This document shows positions 17,329-26,099 of a stretch of DNA of 42,414 nt, one piece after another. This DNA comes from an uncultured archaeon. Lineage in GTDB: Archaea > Thermoplasmatota > Penumbrarchaeia > JASLWR01. A program made the translations under genes and the position numbers. The stretch's first letter is position 1, and each line of letters starts with the position of its first letter. The stretch is taken from NCBI GenBank assembly GCA_964342815.1, contig CAYFHS010000016.1, positions 1 through 42,414 of the forward strand, in the 5' to 3' direction. Below the pieces are notes generated by a model that was not told where the DNA came from, searched no databases, and saw only the letters and a program-made list of their open reading frames with translations.

Positions 17329-18117
17329 TCAAAAATCGTTGAGAAAACCAAGTTCGGTACCGTCCAGCAGGTACGCCCTGGAACGCATTTCACACAAAAG
17401 TCCGTTTGCAAGGACGGGTCCCAGGAAAACCCTTTCGTTATTGACCACCACTCCTTTTCCCGTCTTTGAAAGGGAGGGCATCACGATAATTTCCGCATTC
17501 TTCATCTTGTCAGCATCACCATCGGGATAGTGCTCGAGGGCATTCTCCACGTCAAGTTTTCCCCTAATCCAGCACGGATGATAGAAATATCTCTCTCCGG
17601 CAAGAATGGAAGCAAAGGTCGGATGATTGTGAGCAGTTACCACTATGGAGCTTTCAAGAACATCCACCGTAGGCCAGGAATGGCCGTGAAAGAAACCGAT
17701 TTTCTCAATTACTCCTCCCCTGGGGCCCACCATCCGAATCGTATCCGGAAGGAGTTCTTCTATGCGGCCGTCATGATTACCTTTTACCACGGTTATTGTC
17801 TCTACTGACCCCTGAAGTTTAAGAAAAAATAATTCCAGGTCTTCCGCGGTCCCTGGACTTGCCCCGAAAAGTTCATCTTTGATATCACCCACCATTACGA
17901 GACGATCAGGTTTTTCACGGTTCAGAATATCAAGTATCGTATGAAGTATTTCTCCTGTCCTGTTCTTTACGACGACACCTTTTTTTGATAAACTGCGCTC
18001 ATACCCAAGATGAAGATCGGCAATAGCTATTATTATAATATCTCCAGTAATAATTTTCAGAGCTGGAATGCCGAATAATGGTTCTATTTGCGTATTCAAA
18101 GAAATCTCTCGTTCCAT
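17329..18117 (-). CDS. Calcineurin-like metallophosphoesterase (ICC-like, COG1407 type)
   Basis: IADLHLGYE, VGDIKD, KGNHDG, FHGH and AHNHP metal-binding motifs. Confidence 0.88.
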   Translation of the reverse strand: MEREISLNTQIEPLFGIPALKIITGDIIIIAIADLHLGYERSLSKKGVVVKNRTGEILHTILDILNREKPDRLVMVGDIKDELFGASPGTAEDLELFFLKLQGSVETITVVKGNHDGRIEELLPDTIRMVGPRGGVIEKIGFFHGHSWPTVDVLESSIVVTAHNHPTFASILAGERYFYHPCWIRGKLDVENALEHYPDGDADKMKNAEIIVMPSLSKTGKGVVVNNERVFLGPVLANGLLCEMRSRAYLLDGTELGFLNDF

Positions 18118-18175
18118 GTGTCATCACAGAAACGTGTGTGAACCCAGATGAAGTCCGCGATCTTGAAAAAAAGAA

Positions 18176-18445
18176 TTAATCAATAAGCGTTTGAGATACC
18201 ACCGACACGGAGCCAACGCCCTCAATTTTCTCCAGAAAGTTCTCCAGTTGGTCCAATCCGCCGCTCTTGTCGTCCATTATCACCTGTAGTTCGAGGGAGA
18301 AGAGACCGAATGCCACAGGTTTCTTTTCCGTCTTGTTGACAGTGACGTGATCGGGTACATCGGAGCGTATCTTGGCATCGATCGCATCAAGGTCGGTCTC
18401 GACATCTTCAGGCATGAGTTTGTATATAATTCCTACGTTTCCCAT
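18176..18445 (-). CDS. ef1b: Translation elongation factor 1-beta
   Basis: MGNV...KLMPE...KPVAFGLFSL...LENFLEKIEGVGSVSVV. Follows the Zn-ribbon gene, as is usual in archaea. Confidence 0.95.
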   Translation of the reverse strand: MGNVGIIYKLMPEDVETDLDAIDAKIRSDVPDHVTVNKTEKKPVAFGLFSLELQVIMDDKSGGLDQLENFLEKIEGVGSVSVVSQTLID

Positions 18446-18491
18446 AATATTCCCCGGTTAAAGTCAAATGTAGCGATGCGAACTAATCCAC

Positions 18492-18671
18492 TCACGGTCC
18501 CTGGAATCCACATTCCGGACACTCGTATCCAATGGATTGATTCTTGCAGTTCCAGCATCTTGCAAGAGCCGTATCCCCACAATTTGGGCAATGGAATGCT
18601 GCGTAAACAATACCTTTCAATCTCTTACCGCAAGATGAACAGTTCTCCGCCCTTTCAATTACTTCAGACAT
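18492..18671 (-). CDS. Zn-ribbon micro-protein (COG2888/DUF1610, HVO_2753-like; probably archaeal ribosomal protein aS21)
   Basis: Not in the ORF track. My translation: MSEVIERAENCSSCGKRLKGIVYAAFHCPNCGDTALARCWNCKNQSIGYECPECGFQGP (four CxxC). Conserved linkage with ef1b. Confidence 0.9.
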   Translation of the reverse strand: MSEVIERAENCSSCGKRLKGIVYAAFHCPNCGDTALARCWNCKNQSIGYECPECGFQGP

Positions 18672-18869
18672 CGGACGGGGAAAAGATGAATCCTTAAATA
18701 AACATTTTGGTTGAATTGGTGTACATGGGCAATCCGGTAATAAAAAGAATTGGGATTGGTTATTATCCGTAAAATCAGAAAATTGGATTTATTTTAGTTT
18801 AAAAACTTAGCTGGAAGGGCCGTCTTTACGAGCGTACATTAATATAGTAAAAGTTGTCTTGGAGCGTTC

Positions 18870-19673
18870 ATGGACTACAGTTCCTGGGAACCGTATTACT
18901 TGGAGATCATCAATGATATGGGTTACAGCCAGGCCGAGGATCAGGAAGCTTCCCTGTTATTGAACGGTCTGATTTCCCAAGCAAGAAAGGAGGGGAGGAT
19001 CGGCAACGTGGAAGACTCACTCAGCCATCTTCACGATGTAATGGAGGGAAAGAACGCGTATGTTTTTGGGGGTGGACCAAATCTTGAAAGTGAGCTGAAA
19101 CGAGTGGCGGATATGGAACTTTTCAAGATGGAGCCCTGGAAAGAATACGTTCCAGCGGCTGATTTCACCCTAACCATGGACGTTCCGGAATGGAAAAAGA
19201 AAATGGTGGCTGTTTCGGCCGACAGCGCAACGAGTGCTCTTATGGAAGCGGGAATCGTCCCCAGCGTCGTGGTAAGCGACCTGGACGGAGACGTTGAATT
19301 CCAATTGGAGGCGGCCCGCAAGGGAGCAGTGATTCTGATACACGCGCATGGTGATAATAAAAAAGCTCTCGATAGATGGATGCCGAAGATGTCGGGAAAA
19401 ATAATACCCACCGCTCAATGCAGGCCCCGTGGGCATATTCGTAATTTCGGAGGATTCACGGACGGGGATCGTGCGATATACATGGCTGAAGCTTTCGGCG
19501 CGAAAAAGGTCACGCTTGTGGGATTCGACTATACGAGGGTCGGGGAGAAAACCGGTCAAACGGAAAAGGACCGAAACGTGAAATCAAGAAAACTGGTCTG
19601 GGCAGCTCTGCTCACCGAGATGATAAAGGACAAATTTCAGGTTCTGTACTTCAATCAATTGGCAATTTTCTAG
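18870..19673 (+). CDS. mptE: 6-hydroxymethyl-7,8-dihydropterin pyrophosphokinase (MptE-like, DUF115)
   Basis: VFGGGPNL, SADSA, VVSDLDGD, IHAHGDN, NFGGFTDGDRA and LVGFD motifs. Confidence 0.9.
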   Translation: MDYSSWEPYYLEIINDMGYSQAEDQEASLLLNGLISQARKEGRIGNVEDSLSHLHDVMEGKNAYVFGGGPNLESELKRVADMELFKMEPWKEYVPAADFTLTMDVPEWKKKMVAVSADSATSALMEAGIVPSVVVSDLDGDVEFQLEAARKGAVILIHAHGDNKKALDRWMPKMSGKIIPTAQCRPRGHIRNFGGFTDGDRAIYMAEAFGAKKVTLVGFDYTRVGEKTGQTEKDRNVKSRKLVWAALLTEMIKDKFQVLYFNQLAIF

Positions 19674-19722
19674 TTGGAAATAAAATCATAATATACTGAT
19701 AAGAAAGAAAAAAGGGATTTGG

Positions 19723-20940
19723 ATGGAACTTACGCGGTTTGAAGAGAAGGCTCTCAATGGAAACTACGGCCAGGGACTGGCTCTTGCGGCAAGGATAATC
19801 GTGAATCTCGGCGAGTTTTTCGAGGCACCTCGCACTGTAAAAATAAAATCGGCACAAATTTCCGGTGTATCAGTGAAAACCGGAGGCCGGGCTCTTGAGA
19901 GCGTTCTAGAAATATTGGTAAAGGGCGGCCGGACGAAGGTGCCTGCCTTTCTGAATCCCGCCGGGTTCGATCTGGAGCGTTACGGCATTATGGGGATCGA
20001 TGAGGATTTCTATGGGCGTCAAAAGGAGATAATCGACAAGTTCGTGGAACTCGGTGTGATTCCCACATTAAGCTGCACACCTTATCTCAATGGATTGACC
20101 GCGAAGAAAGGGGATATGCTTGCCTGGGCCGAATCGTCAGCGGTAAGCTTTGCCAATTCCTTCATCGGGGCCAGGACGAACCGTGAAAGCGGTTTGTCGG
20201 CACTATCGGCGGCAATGCTGGGTACCACACCCTATTACGGGCTGCTGAAAAAGGAGAACCGGGTTCCGACCCTTAGCGTGGAAATTGAGGAGGGGTTGAA
20301 CGTTACAGGAGACCTTCATTATATAATGGGTCTCATCATCGGGAGTGAGAATCCAAGTGCGATTCCCTTTATACGGGGAATACGACCGGAAAATGCAGAC
20401 CGATACAAAGGGTTGGGAGCCGCCATGGCCGCTTCGGGAAATATATCCCTGTATCATGTTGAGGGTGAGACGCCGGAGTGGGAATGGGCAAAGAGGGCGA
20501 TTACGGTAAAAAATGAAATTGACCTGCCGGTCCTCGAAATTACCGGAGAACAGATGGAGCGAACGCTGAAGCGGGTCCGTCCGAAAAAACTCCCTTCGGT
20601 GATGGCAGTGGGATGCCCGCACGCATCGATTGACGAGATAATCCGAATAGATAGTTTAATGAGCTCTTCGGCAAAAGACGTTCATTTCTGGATATTCACA
20701 TCGAGACAAACGAGGGGACTGGCAGGAAGGATGGGTTTGTTGGATTCTCTTGCTAAAAAGAACGTCGAGATATTCGCAGACACCTGTATCGTGGTGAGCC
20801 CTTTGGAGAATTTGAATATCGAGTTAATTGCGACCAACTCGGCAAAGGCACTGCATTATCTTCCCAAATTGGGTAACATTTCAACGGTGTTCATGCCATT
20901 GGAGGAAATGGTCAGGGTTGCAATGGAGGGATCATTATGA
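19723..20940 (+). CDS. Aconitase X catalytic subunit (phosphomevalonate dehydratase large subunit-like)
   Basis: SCTPYL, WAESSAVSFANS.IGARTNRE, GCPHAS, DTC and TNSAK motifs, including three candidate Fe-S Cys. Confidence 0.9.
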   Translation: MELTRFEEKALNGNYGQGLALAARIIVNLGEFFEAPRTVKIKSAQISGVSVKTGGRALESVLEILVKGGRTKVPAFLNPAGFDLERYGIMGIDEDFYGRQKEIIDKFVELGVIPTLSCTPYLNGLTAKKGDMLAWAESSAVSFANSFIGARTNRESGLSALSAAMLGTTPYYGLLKKENRVPTLSVEIEEGLNVTGDLHYIMGLIIGSENPSAIPFIRGIRPENADRYKGLGAAMAASGNISLYHVEGETPEWEWAKRAITVKNEIDLPVLEITGEQMERTLKRVRPKKLPSVMAVGCPHASIDEIIRIDSLMSSSAKDVHFWIFTSRQTRGLAGRMGLLDSLAKKNVEIFADTCIVVSPLENLNIELIATNSAKALHYLPKLGNISTVFMPLEEMVRVAMEGSL

Positions 20941-21407
20941 GCGGGGAAAATACCGGAAATAAATCAAATCCGGCGGAGGCACAGCTCAGTGGTATACGTT
21001 TAATCAAGGGAAGCGGCCTTAAGGGTCTGGCCGAGCCGGTTGTGGAAGGCGAGATCATTCTCAACAGGCAGCCGGTATCTTTCCTTGGCGACTTCGATGT
21101 GGAAACGGGGCAGTCCACAAATCCCGATCACGATATCGTTGAGCGAAGTATTTCCGGTAAAATTTTTGTATTTCCTTCGGGAGTAGGCTCTACGGTGGGA
21201 AGCCATTCTCTTATCAATATGAGTATGAATGAGGCAGGACCGAAAGCGATCCTGGTCAATCATTCGGATCCTATAATTTTACTGGGATGCTGCGTTGCTA
21301 ATATTCCCCATATCCATCGCTTTCAAGATGATATTATTGAAATGCTTGAGGATGGGATGAAGGTGAAGGTGGACAGCGAAAGGGGAGTTGTGGAGGTATT
21401 GGATTAG
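20937..21407 (+). CDS. Aconitase X swiveling-domain subunit (DUF126; phosphomevalonate dehydratase small subunit-like)
   Basis: VSFLGDFDVETG, SISGKIFVFPSGVGSTVGS and ANIP motifs. ATGA overlap with the large subunit. Confidence 0.9.
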   Translation: MSGENTGNKSNPAEAQLSGIRLIKGSGLKGLAEPVVEGEIILNRQPVSFLGDFDVETGQSTNPDHDIVERSISGKIFVFPSGVGSTVGSHSLINMSMNEAGPKAILVNHSDPIILLGCCVANIPHIHRFQDDIIEMLEDGMKVKVDSERGVVEVLD

Positions 21408-21424
21408 TGAAAATTATTCATCAA

Positions 21425-24400
21425 TCATCCATCCTTTCTCATTCCACTGTTTCCATCTTCGTTTCTTTCCCTTGGTTCTTTCAACTTAATTTCCCCCACC
21501 GATCCGATTGTCGTATCCACTCTTTCTTCTCGTTCCTCTTCGATCCAATCCTTGCTCTCCCCTCGCTTACGCTTATAAACGAGCATTGATATTGAAATCA
21601 CCATAAAAGCTCCGATGAAAACTGCAAGATAATAATAAAAAGGAATTGAGGACTCTTCCACATTTTCCTCCTCGTACGGAGTCACGTATCCGTTATCGTT
21701 GTCATCATCTTCTTGTTCTTCCACGATCTCGTTCACTATCACGGACAACCAGTCCATATCTTCATTCCCGAACCCGTCTTTCACATAAAGATATACTGTA
21801 TATTTCCCACTGATATTAAAAAAAAACAGTGGATTCGAGCCATTTAGTGTTATATTTTTCCCGTTGTAGTTGAATATCCAGATCCAGCTTACAATACCGA
21901 CATTGTCCGTACTCCCCCCGCCCTCAAAATAGACTGTACCATTTGGTTCTATGGTGATATCACTACCGGCATCCGCATTGGGTGGAGTCTGGTCTATGAC
22001 GCTGACGTTGAGCATATCCATACCAAGATTTCCCCTGGCATCGGATACCGTGAGAGTGATTTGATAATAACCGGGCAGATTGAACATGAATTCGACGATC
22101 ATTCCATCGAGAGCGACATCTGTGTAATCGTAGATGAAAGACCAGGTGTAATTTGTAATCCCTATATTATCATAACTTTCGTCGCCCTGAAGATATACGG
22201 TTTTGTACTGGTAAATTGTGAGATCATTTCCCGCGATGGCTACTGGAGCAATGGCATCCAGAACAGTTACGAACAAGGAATCCTCAGCACACAAACCTAA
22301 TTGATCTGCAATTTCAAAAGTAACAAAATATATCCCCGGAATGTGAAATGTGAAGTTGGGAGTAGGTCCATGCAAACGGATAACACGATGTTTGTATTCA
22401 AATGACCACAGATAGTAGGTTACTTCCGATGGCCCCTCGGACCCCGAGCCATTGAAAGTTACGGTTTGTTTCTGATTGATGACAATGTCAGGCCCCGCAT
22501 CTGCAATTAATATAGGACTTTCCGGGTGTTTTGCCAAAGGAAAATGATCCTTGGAATAAGCCCATCCTGAGATAAGATATGGTGAGTCAACTATACCGTC
22601 ACCATCGGCGTCTGGCTTCGACCAGTTGGCCCAGAAATTACCATGAGTTGAGGTGTTCCATCTATTTCCATGGCCATAATCAGAGGCGACGGGTCGGTTT
22701 CCAAGAAGGAGATTATGATGTATTGTATTATATTGTGAATCCCCGTCAAGATAGATTCCTTCATATGTATTTGAGATGAATGTATTATTGGAAATTTCAT
22801 TTTCGTTCGAACCTGTAAGGTAGAATCCCTCCATACCATTATTGTTACACTTATTATTTGAAATGATATTATTATCGGATTCTCTCAAGTAAATGCCTTG
22901 AAACTTGTTCGAATTGATTGTGTTACGGGAGATCACGATATTGGTAGAATTAACGAGGGCAATTCCCACATTGAGATTACTAAGATTAAGGTTCTCCACA
23001 ATGACCGCTCTACAGTTAACCAAAATGACCTGCTTCGTATCAAGTGGGATTCGCATTCCTGAAACGTTCATCCAAAAAGCAATTGCTTTCCCGTTCAGTG
23101 TATTTGAATCGTCGACTGTCTGTGTATCCCAGTGTTCAAGGTCGTTTCCCGTTATATAAATCCCTTTTCCTATCATCTCATTATTGGCTAGATAATTATG
23201 TTTAGTGGTAATGAGTCTGATATCGACCTCTTTATTATTAAGACAGGTATTACTTACCATGGTATTACTATTGGACCAGCTCAGAACGATTCCCTTTCGA
23301 TTATTCGAACATATGCTGTTCTCGATTGTGTTGCCAAGTGAATCGTCAAGGTAGATTCCTATTACATCGTTTAAGTTACATGTTGTGTCAGATATCCGAT
23401 TATCGTCGCAGTCAGATAATCCTATTCCGTTCTCCCCGTTTGAGTTGCAGATATTCTTCTCCAGCCTGTTATTATCGGAATATGATAGGCTTATGCCACT
23501 TTGGTTATTATCATTGCAGGTATTCGATAATAATGTGTTATCATCAGAGGTTCGATCCCATCGGCCATCTATGACTATTCCATTTCCGTTTTCAGAGCAT
23601 ATGTTACTGGAGACATTGGTATTATCTATGTTTGATAGATAGATACCATAATTGTTCGAATTGCATATATTATTGATAAATGTGTTATTTCTGGAAAATC
23701 CTTCAGTTCCATCCAAATAAATTCCAATTTCGTTTTGGGAGCATATGTTTCCAGAGACCTTGGTATTATCTACGTCAGAAAGATATATACCATAACTTTT
23801 CGAATTGCAAATGTTATTGATAATTGAGTTATTTCTGCTAATTCCTTCCTCTCCATTCAAATAAATTCCATACCTGTTATTTGAGAAATTGCTGTTATGA
23901 AAAGAATTCCTGCTTCCTCCAATGACATATATTCCATGTGAATTATTTTGCGCGGTTACACTAGCTACCGTAATATTATCACAATTAATCAATATCACCA
24001 TTGAAGCGGGTTCGACAATAAGCTCATGTGATGCATTTTTCAGATATATAACCGGTTCGCCATTTGCAAAATTATTTTTTATTTCCAAAAGATTTCCCGG
24101 TTCACCTAGATTATAATTATATTTATTGTTAGAACAATCATTTTCAGATATAATGCAATCATTTCCACGTGGAATAGAAATACCATAGTTCATATTTGAA
24201 TTGCAGACATTATTTGAAATTATGTTGTTCTCCGAATAATAATTGTCAATACCTTCAACTGCGTTATAATTACAAATGTTGTGGATTAAAATATTATTGT
24301 CCGATGAGTATATGTCGTTTCCCTCGTCATTATTAAAGCTACAGATGTTCTCGTTGAGCATATTTGAGTCTGAATAGGCTAAGGATATTCCCGCATACAT

Positions 24401-25810
24401 GTTCATATTACAAATGTTATTAGAGATATTATTATATTTTGACAAGAGCAGGGATATTCCAATAACCTCGTTTGAATCGCATTGATTATTGACAATTGTG
24501 TTATTATCGCATTTCCCACCATATCCATCCAAGTATATTCCATACCTGTTATTTGAGAAATCATTGTTACAAATAGAATTTTCGCTCCCACCAAACATAT
24601 ATATTCCATATGAATTATTTTGGGATGATATATTGTTTACACTAACATTATTGCATTCTATCAATATCACCATCGATGCGGGTTCCGTAGTCTCTACACT
24701 TGAAACATTTTTCAGATAAATAACCGGCTCGCCATTTGCATAATTATTTTTCATTTCTAAAAGTTTTTCAGGTTCCCTAAGATCGAAATTATATTTATTA
24801 TTCGAACAATGATTTTCAGAAATAATGGTTCGTTCACTGGCTGAAATAGAAATACCAGAGTTGTTATTTGAATTGCAGATATTATTTGAAATTGTATTGC
24901 TATATGAATAAGAAAAGCTGACTATGCCCCCCTGATCGTTAAAATTACATATATTGTTGATGAAAATATTATAATAGGACCAGGATAGAGATATTCCTTC
25001 GCCTTGATTAAAGTTACAAGTGTTCTTATTGATACTGTTAGAGTCAGACGAAGCTAAAGAAATTCCATAGGCGTTTTGGGAACAAATATTGTTTGATACA
25101 TTATTAAGGTTTGACGCATACATATCGATTCCCAAGTTATTATTGTAACATGTGTTATTTGAGATATTATCAAAGTATGACGAGAAGATATATATTCCCA
25201 CGGAATTAAAGTTGCATGAATTCTCGTAGATACTATTTGAGTCCGAATTGTCTAAAAATATTCCATATGTGTTTAGATTACAGATATTGTTAAAAATGTA
25301 ATTGTGGTTAGATTCAATTAATTGAATGCCATAAATATTTCTTGAACAATTATTGTTCTTAATGGTTGAATAATTAGAGTTTTTAAGGTAAATTTCAGCC
25401 GACTTCATATAAGTGCTATTGAGCATTTTAAAACCGGAAATGTTTACAAAATCGGCACTTACATATACAGAGGAATACCTTTCACCAGAATCGATTGTCG
25501 TATTCTCCCTTCCAGCACCAACCAGACTTATAGTCTTGTTGATAATGAGATTCTCATAATACGTCCCCGCCTCCACATACACCGTATCCCCCTCACTTGC
25601 ATTATCCACCGCCCACTGAATTTGCGTGTAATCACCCCCACCGGAAGCATTAACGATGATAGTTCCTCTAGATCGCCACACTCCACTCCCCGAGGAGAAC
25701 GAATTCCCGCCTGCGGACAATGGTAACAAAACAAGAACGAGCGTGATGGTAAGAAAAAGACTAATTATCTTTACTCTTGAGGCGTACATTAGAAACATCT
25801 CACGGTACAA
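21425..25810 (-). CDS. Surface protein with NosD/CASH right-handed beta-helix, three PKD-like domains and a C-terminal TM; true start probably 25798 or 25789
   Basis: IIVNASGGGDYTQIQWAVDNASEGDTVYVEAGTY. Many NNICN..N.YGI repeats. GNFW motif. ADAGPD/AIAGND/ADAGSD PKD starts. TM followed by KRKR. Confidence 0.88.
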   Translation of the reverse strand: MYREMFLMYASRVKIISLFLTITLVLVLLPLSAGGNSFSSGSGVWRSRGTIIVNASGGGDYTQIQWAVDNASEGDTVYVEAGTYYENLIINKTISLVGAGRENTTIDSGERYSSVYVSADFVNISGFKMLNSTYMKSAEIYLKNSNYSTIKNNNCSRNIYGIQLIESNHNYIFNNICNLNTYGIFLDNSDSNSIYENSCNFNSVGIYIFSSYFDNISNNTCYNNNLGIDMYASNLNNVSNNICSQNAYGISLASSDSNSINKNTCNFNQGEGISLSWSYYNIFINNICNFNDQGGIVSFSYSYSNTISNNICNSNNNSGISISASERTIISENHCSNNKYNFDLREPEKLLEMKNNYANGEPVIYLKNVSSVETTEPASMVILIECNNVSVNNISSQNNSYGIYMFGGSENSICNNDFSNNRYGIYLDGYGGKCDNNTIVNNQCDSNEVIGISLLLSKYNNISNNICNMNMYAGISLAYSDSNMLNENICSFNNDEGNDIYSSDNNILIHNICNYNAVEGIDNYYSENNIISNNVCNSNMNYGISIPRGNDCIISENDCSNNKYNYNLGEPGNLLEIKNNFANGEPVIYLKNASHELIVEPASMVILINCDNITVASVTAQNNSHGIYVIGGSRNSFHNSNFSNNRYGIYLNGEEGISRNNSIINNICNSKSYGIYLSDVDNTKVSGNICSQNEIGIYLDGTEGFSRNNTFINNICNSNNYGIYLSNIDNTNVSSNICSENGNGIVIDGRWDRTSDDNTLLSNTCNDNNQSGISLSYSDNNRLEKNICNSNGENGIGLSDCDDNRISDTTCNLNDVIGIYLDDSLGNTIENSICSNNRKGIVLSWSNSNTMVSNTCLNNKEVDIRLITTKHNYLANNEMIGKGIYITGNDLEHWDTQTVDDSNTLNGKAIAFWMNVSGMRIPLDTKQVILVNCRAVIVENLNLSNLNVGIALVNSTNIVISRNTINSNKFQGIYLRESDNNIISNNKCNNNGMEGFYLTGSNENEISNNTFISNTYEGIYLDGDSQYNTIHHNLLLGNRPVASDYGHGNRWNTSTHGNFWANWSKPDADGDGIVDSPYLISGWAYSKDHFPLAKHPESPILIADAGPDIVINQKQTVTFNGSGSEGPSEVTYYLWSFEYKHRVIRLHGPTPNFTFHIPGIYFVTFEIADQLGLCAEDSLFVTVLDAIAPVAIAGNDLTIYQYKTVYLQGDESYDNIGITNYTWSFIYDYTDVALDGMIVEFMFNLPGYYQITLTVSDARGNLGMDMLNVSVIDQTPPNADAGSDITIEPNGTVYFEGGGSTDNVGIVSWIWIFNYNGKNITLNGSNPLFFFNISGKYTVYLYVKDGFGNEDMDWLSVIVNEIVEEQEDDDNDNGYVTPYEEENVEESSIPFYYYLAVFIGAFMVISISMLVYKRKRGESKDWIEEEREERVDTTIGSVGEIKLKEPRERNEDGNSGMRKDG
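23853..24890 (-). repeat. Internal duplication (two copies, 672-nt offset) in the beta-helix gene
   Basis: CSNNKYN..L.EP..LLE.KNN.ANGEPVIYLKN...EPASMVILI.C...QNNS.GIY..GGS.N...NNRYGIYL occurs twice. Confidence 0.8.
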
Positions 25811-25819
25811 ATTAACATA

Positions 25820-25840
25820 TGAAAGTAAGATTATTTAATA
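25820..25840 (-). promoter_or_regulatory. TATA-containing promoter motif of the beta-helix gene
   Basis: TATTAAATAATCTTACTTTCA on the minus strand, just upstream of the start. Shares 16 bp with 8963-8978. Confidence 0.5.
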
Positions 25841-26099
25841 CTTTAGAACAATTTCTTCCTTTTAGGCGGAGAAATCAATTTATAACTTAGTTCCGATAAG
25901 ATTATTTTGGCGGACATAATAATATCTTGGGATAACATTTTTCTTCTTATGATAACAATTCCAGATAGGAAAATAAATATAGGATAGATTTTTATTACAT
26001 GAATTGACTAGTAATTATCCATAGGTCCTTACACCCAATAAATCATCTATTCTCGCAACCTCTGCATTACAGGTAGGAAAATGGTGGAAGGGAAAAGAT

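Noticed and set aside
18057-18127. GTGATGA...CTGA on the minus strand overlapping the phosphoesterase start (possible C/D sRNA)
   Set aside because: Too long, no credible D'/C' pair, and mostly coding sequence.
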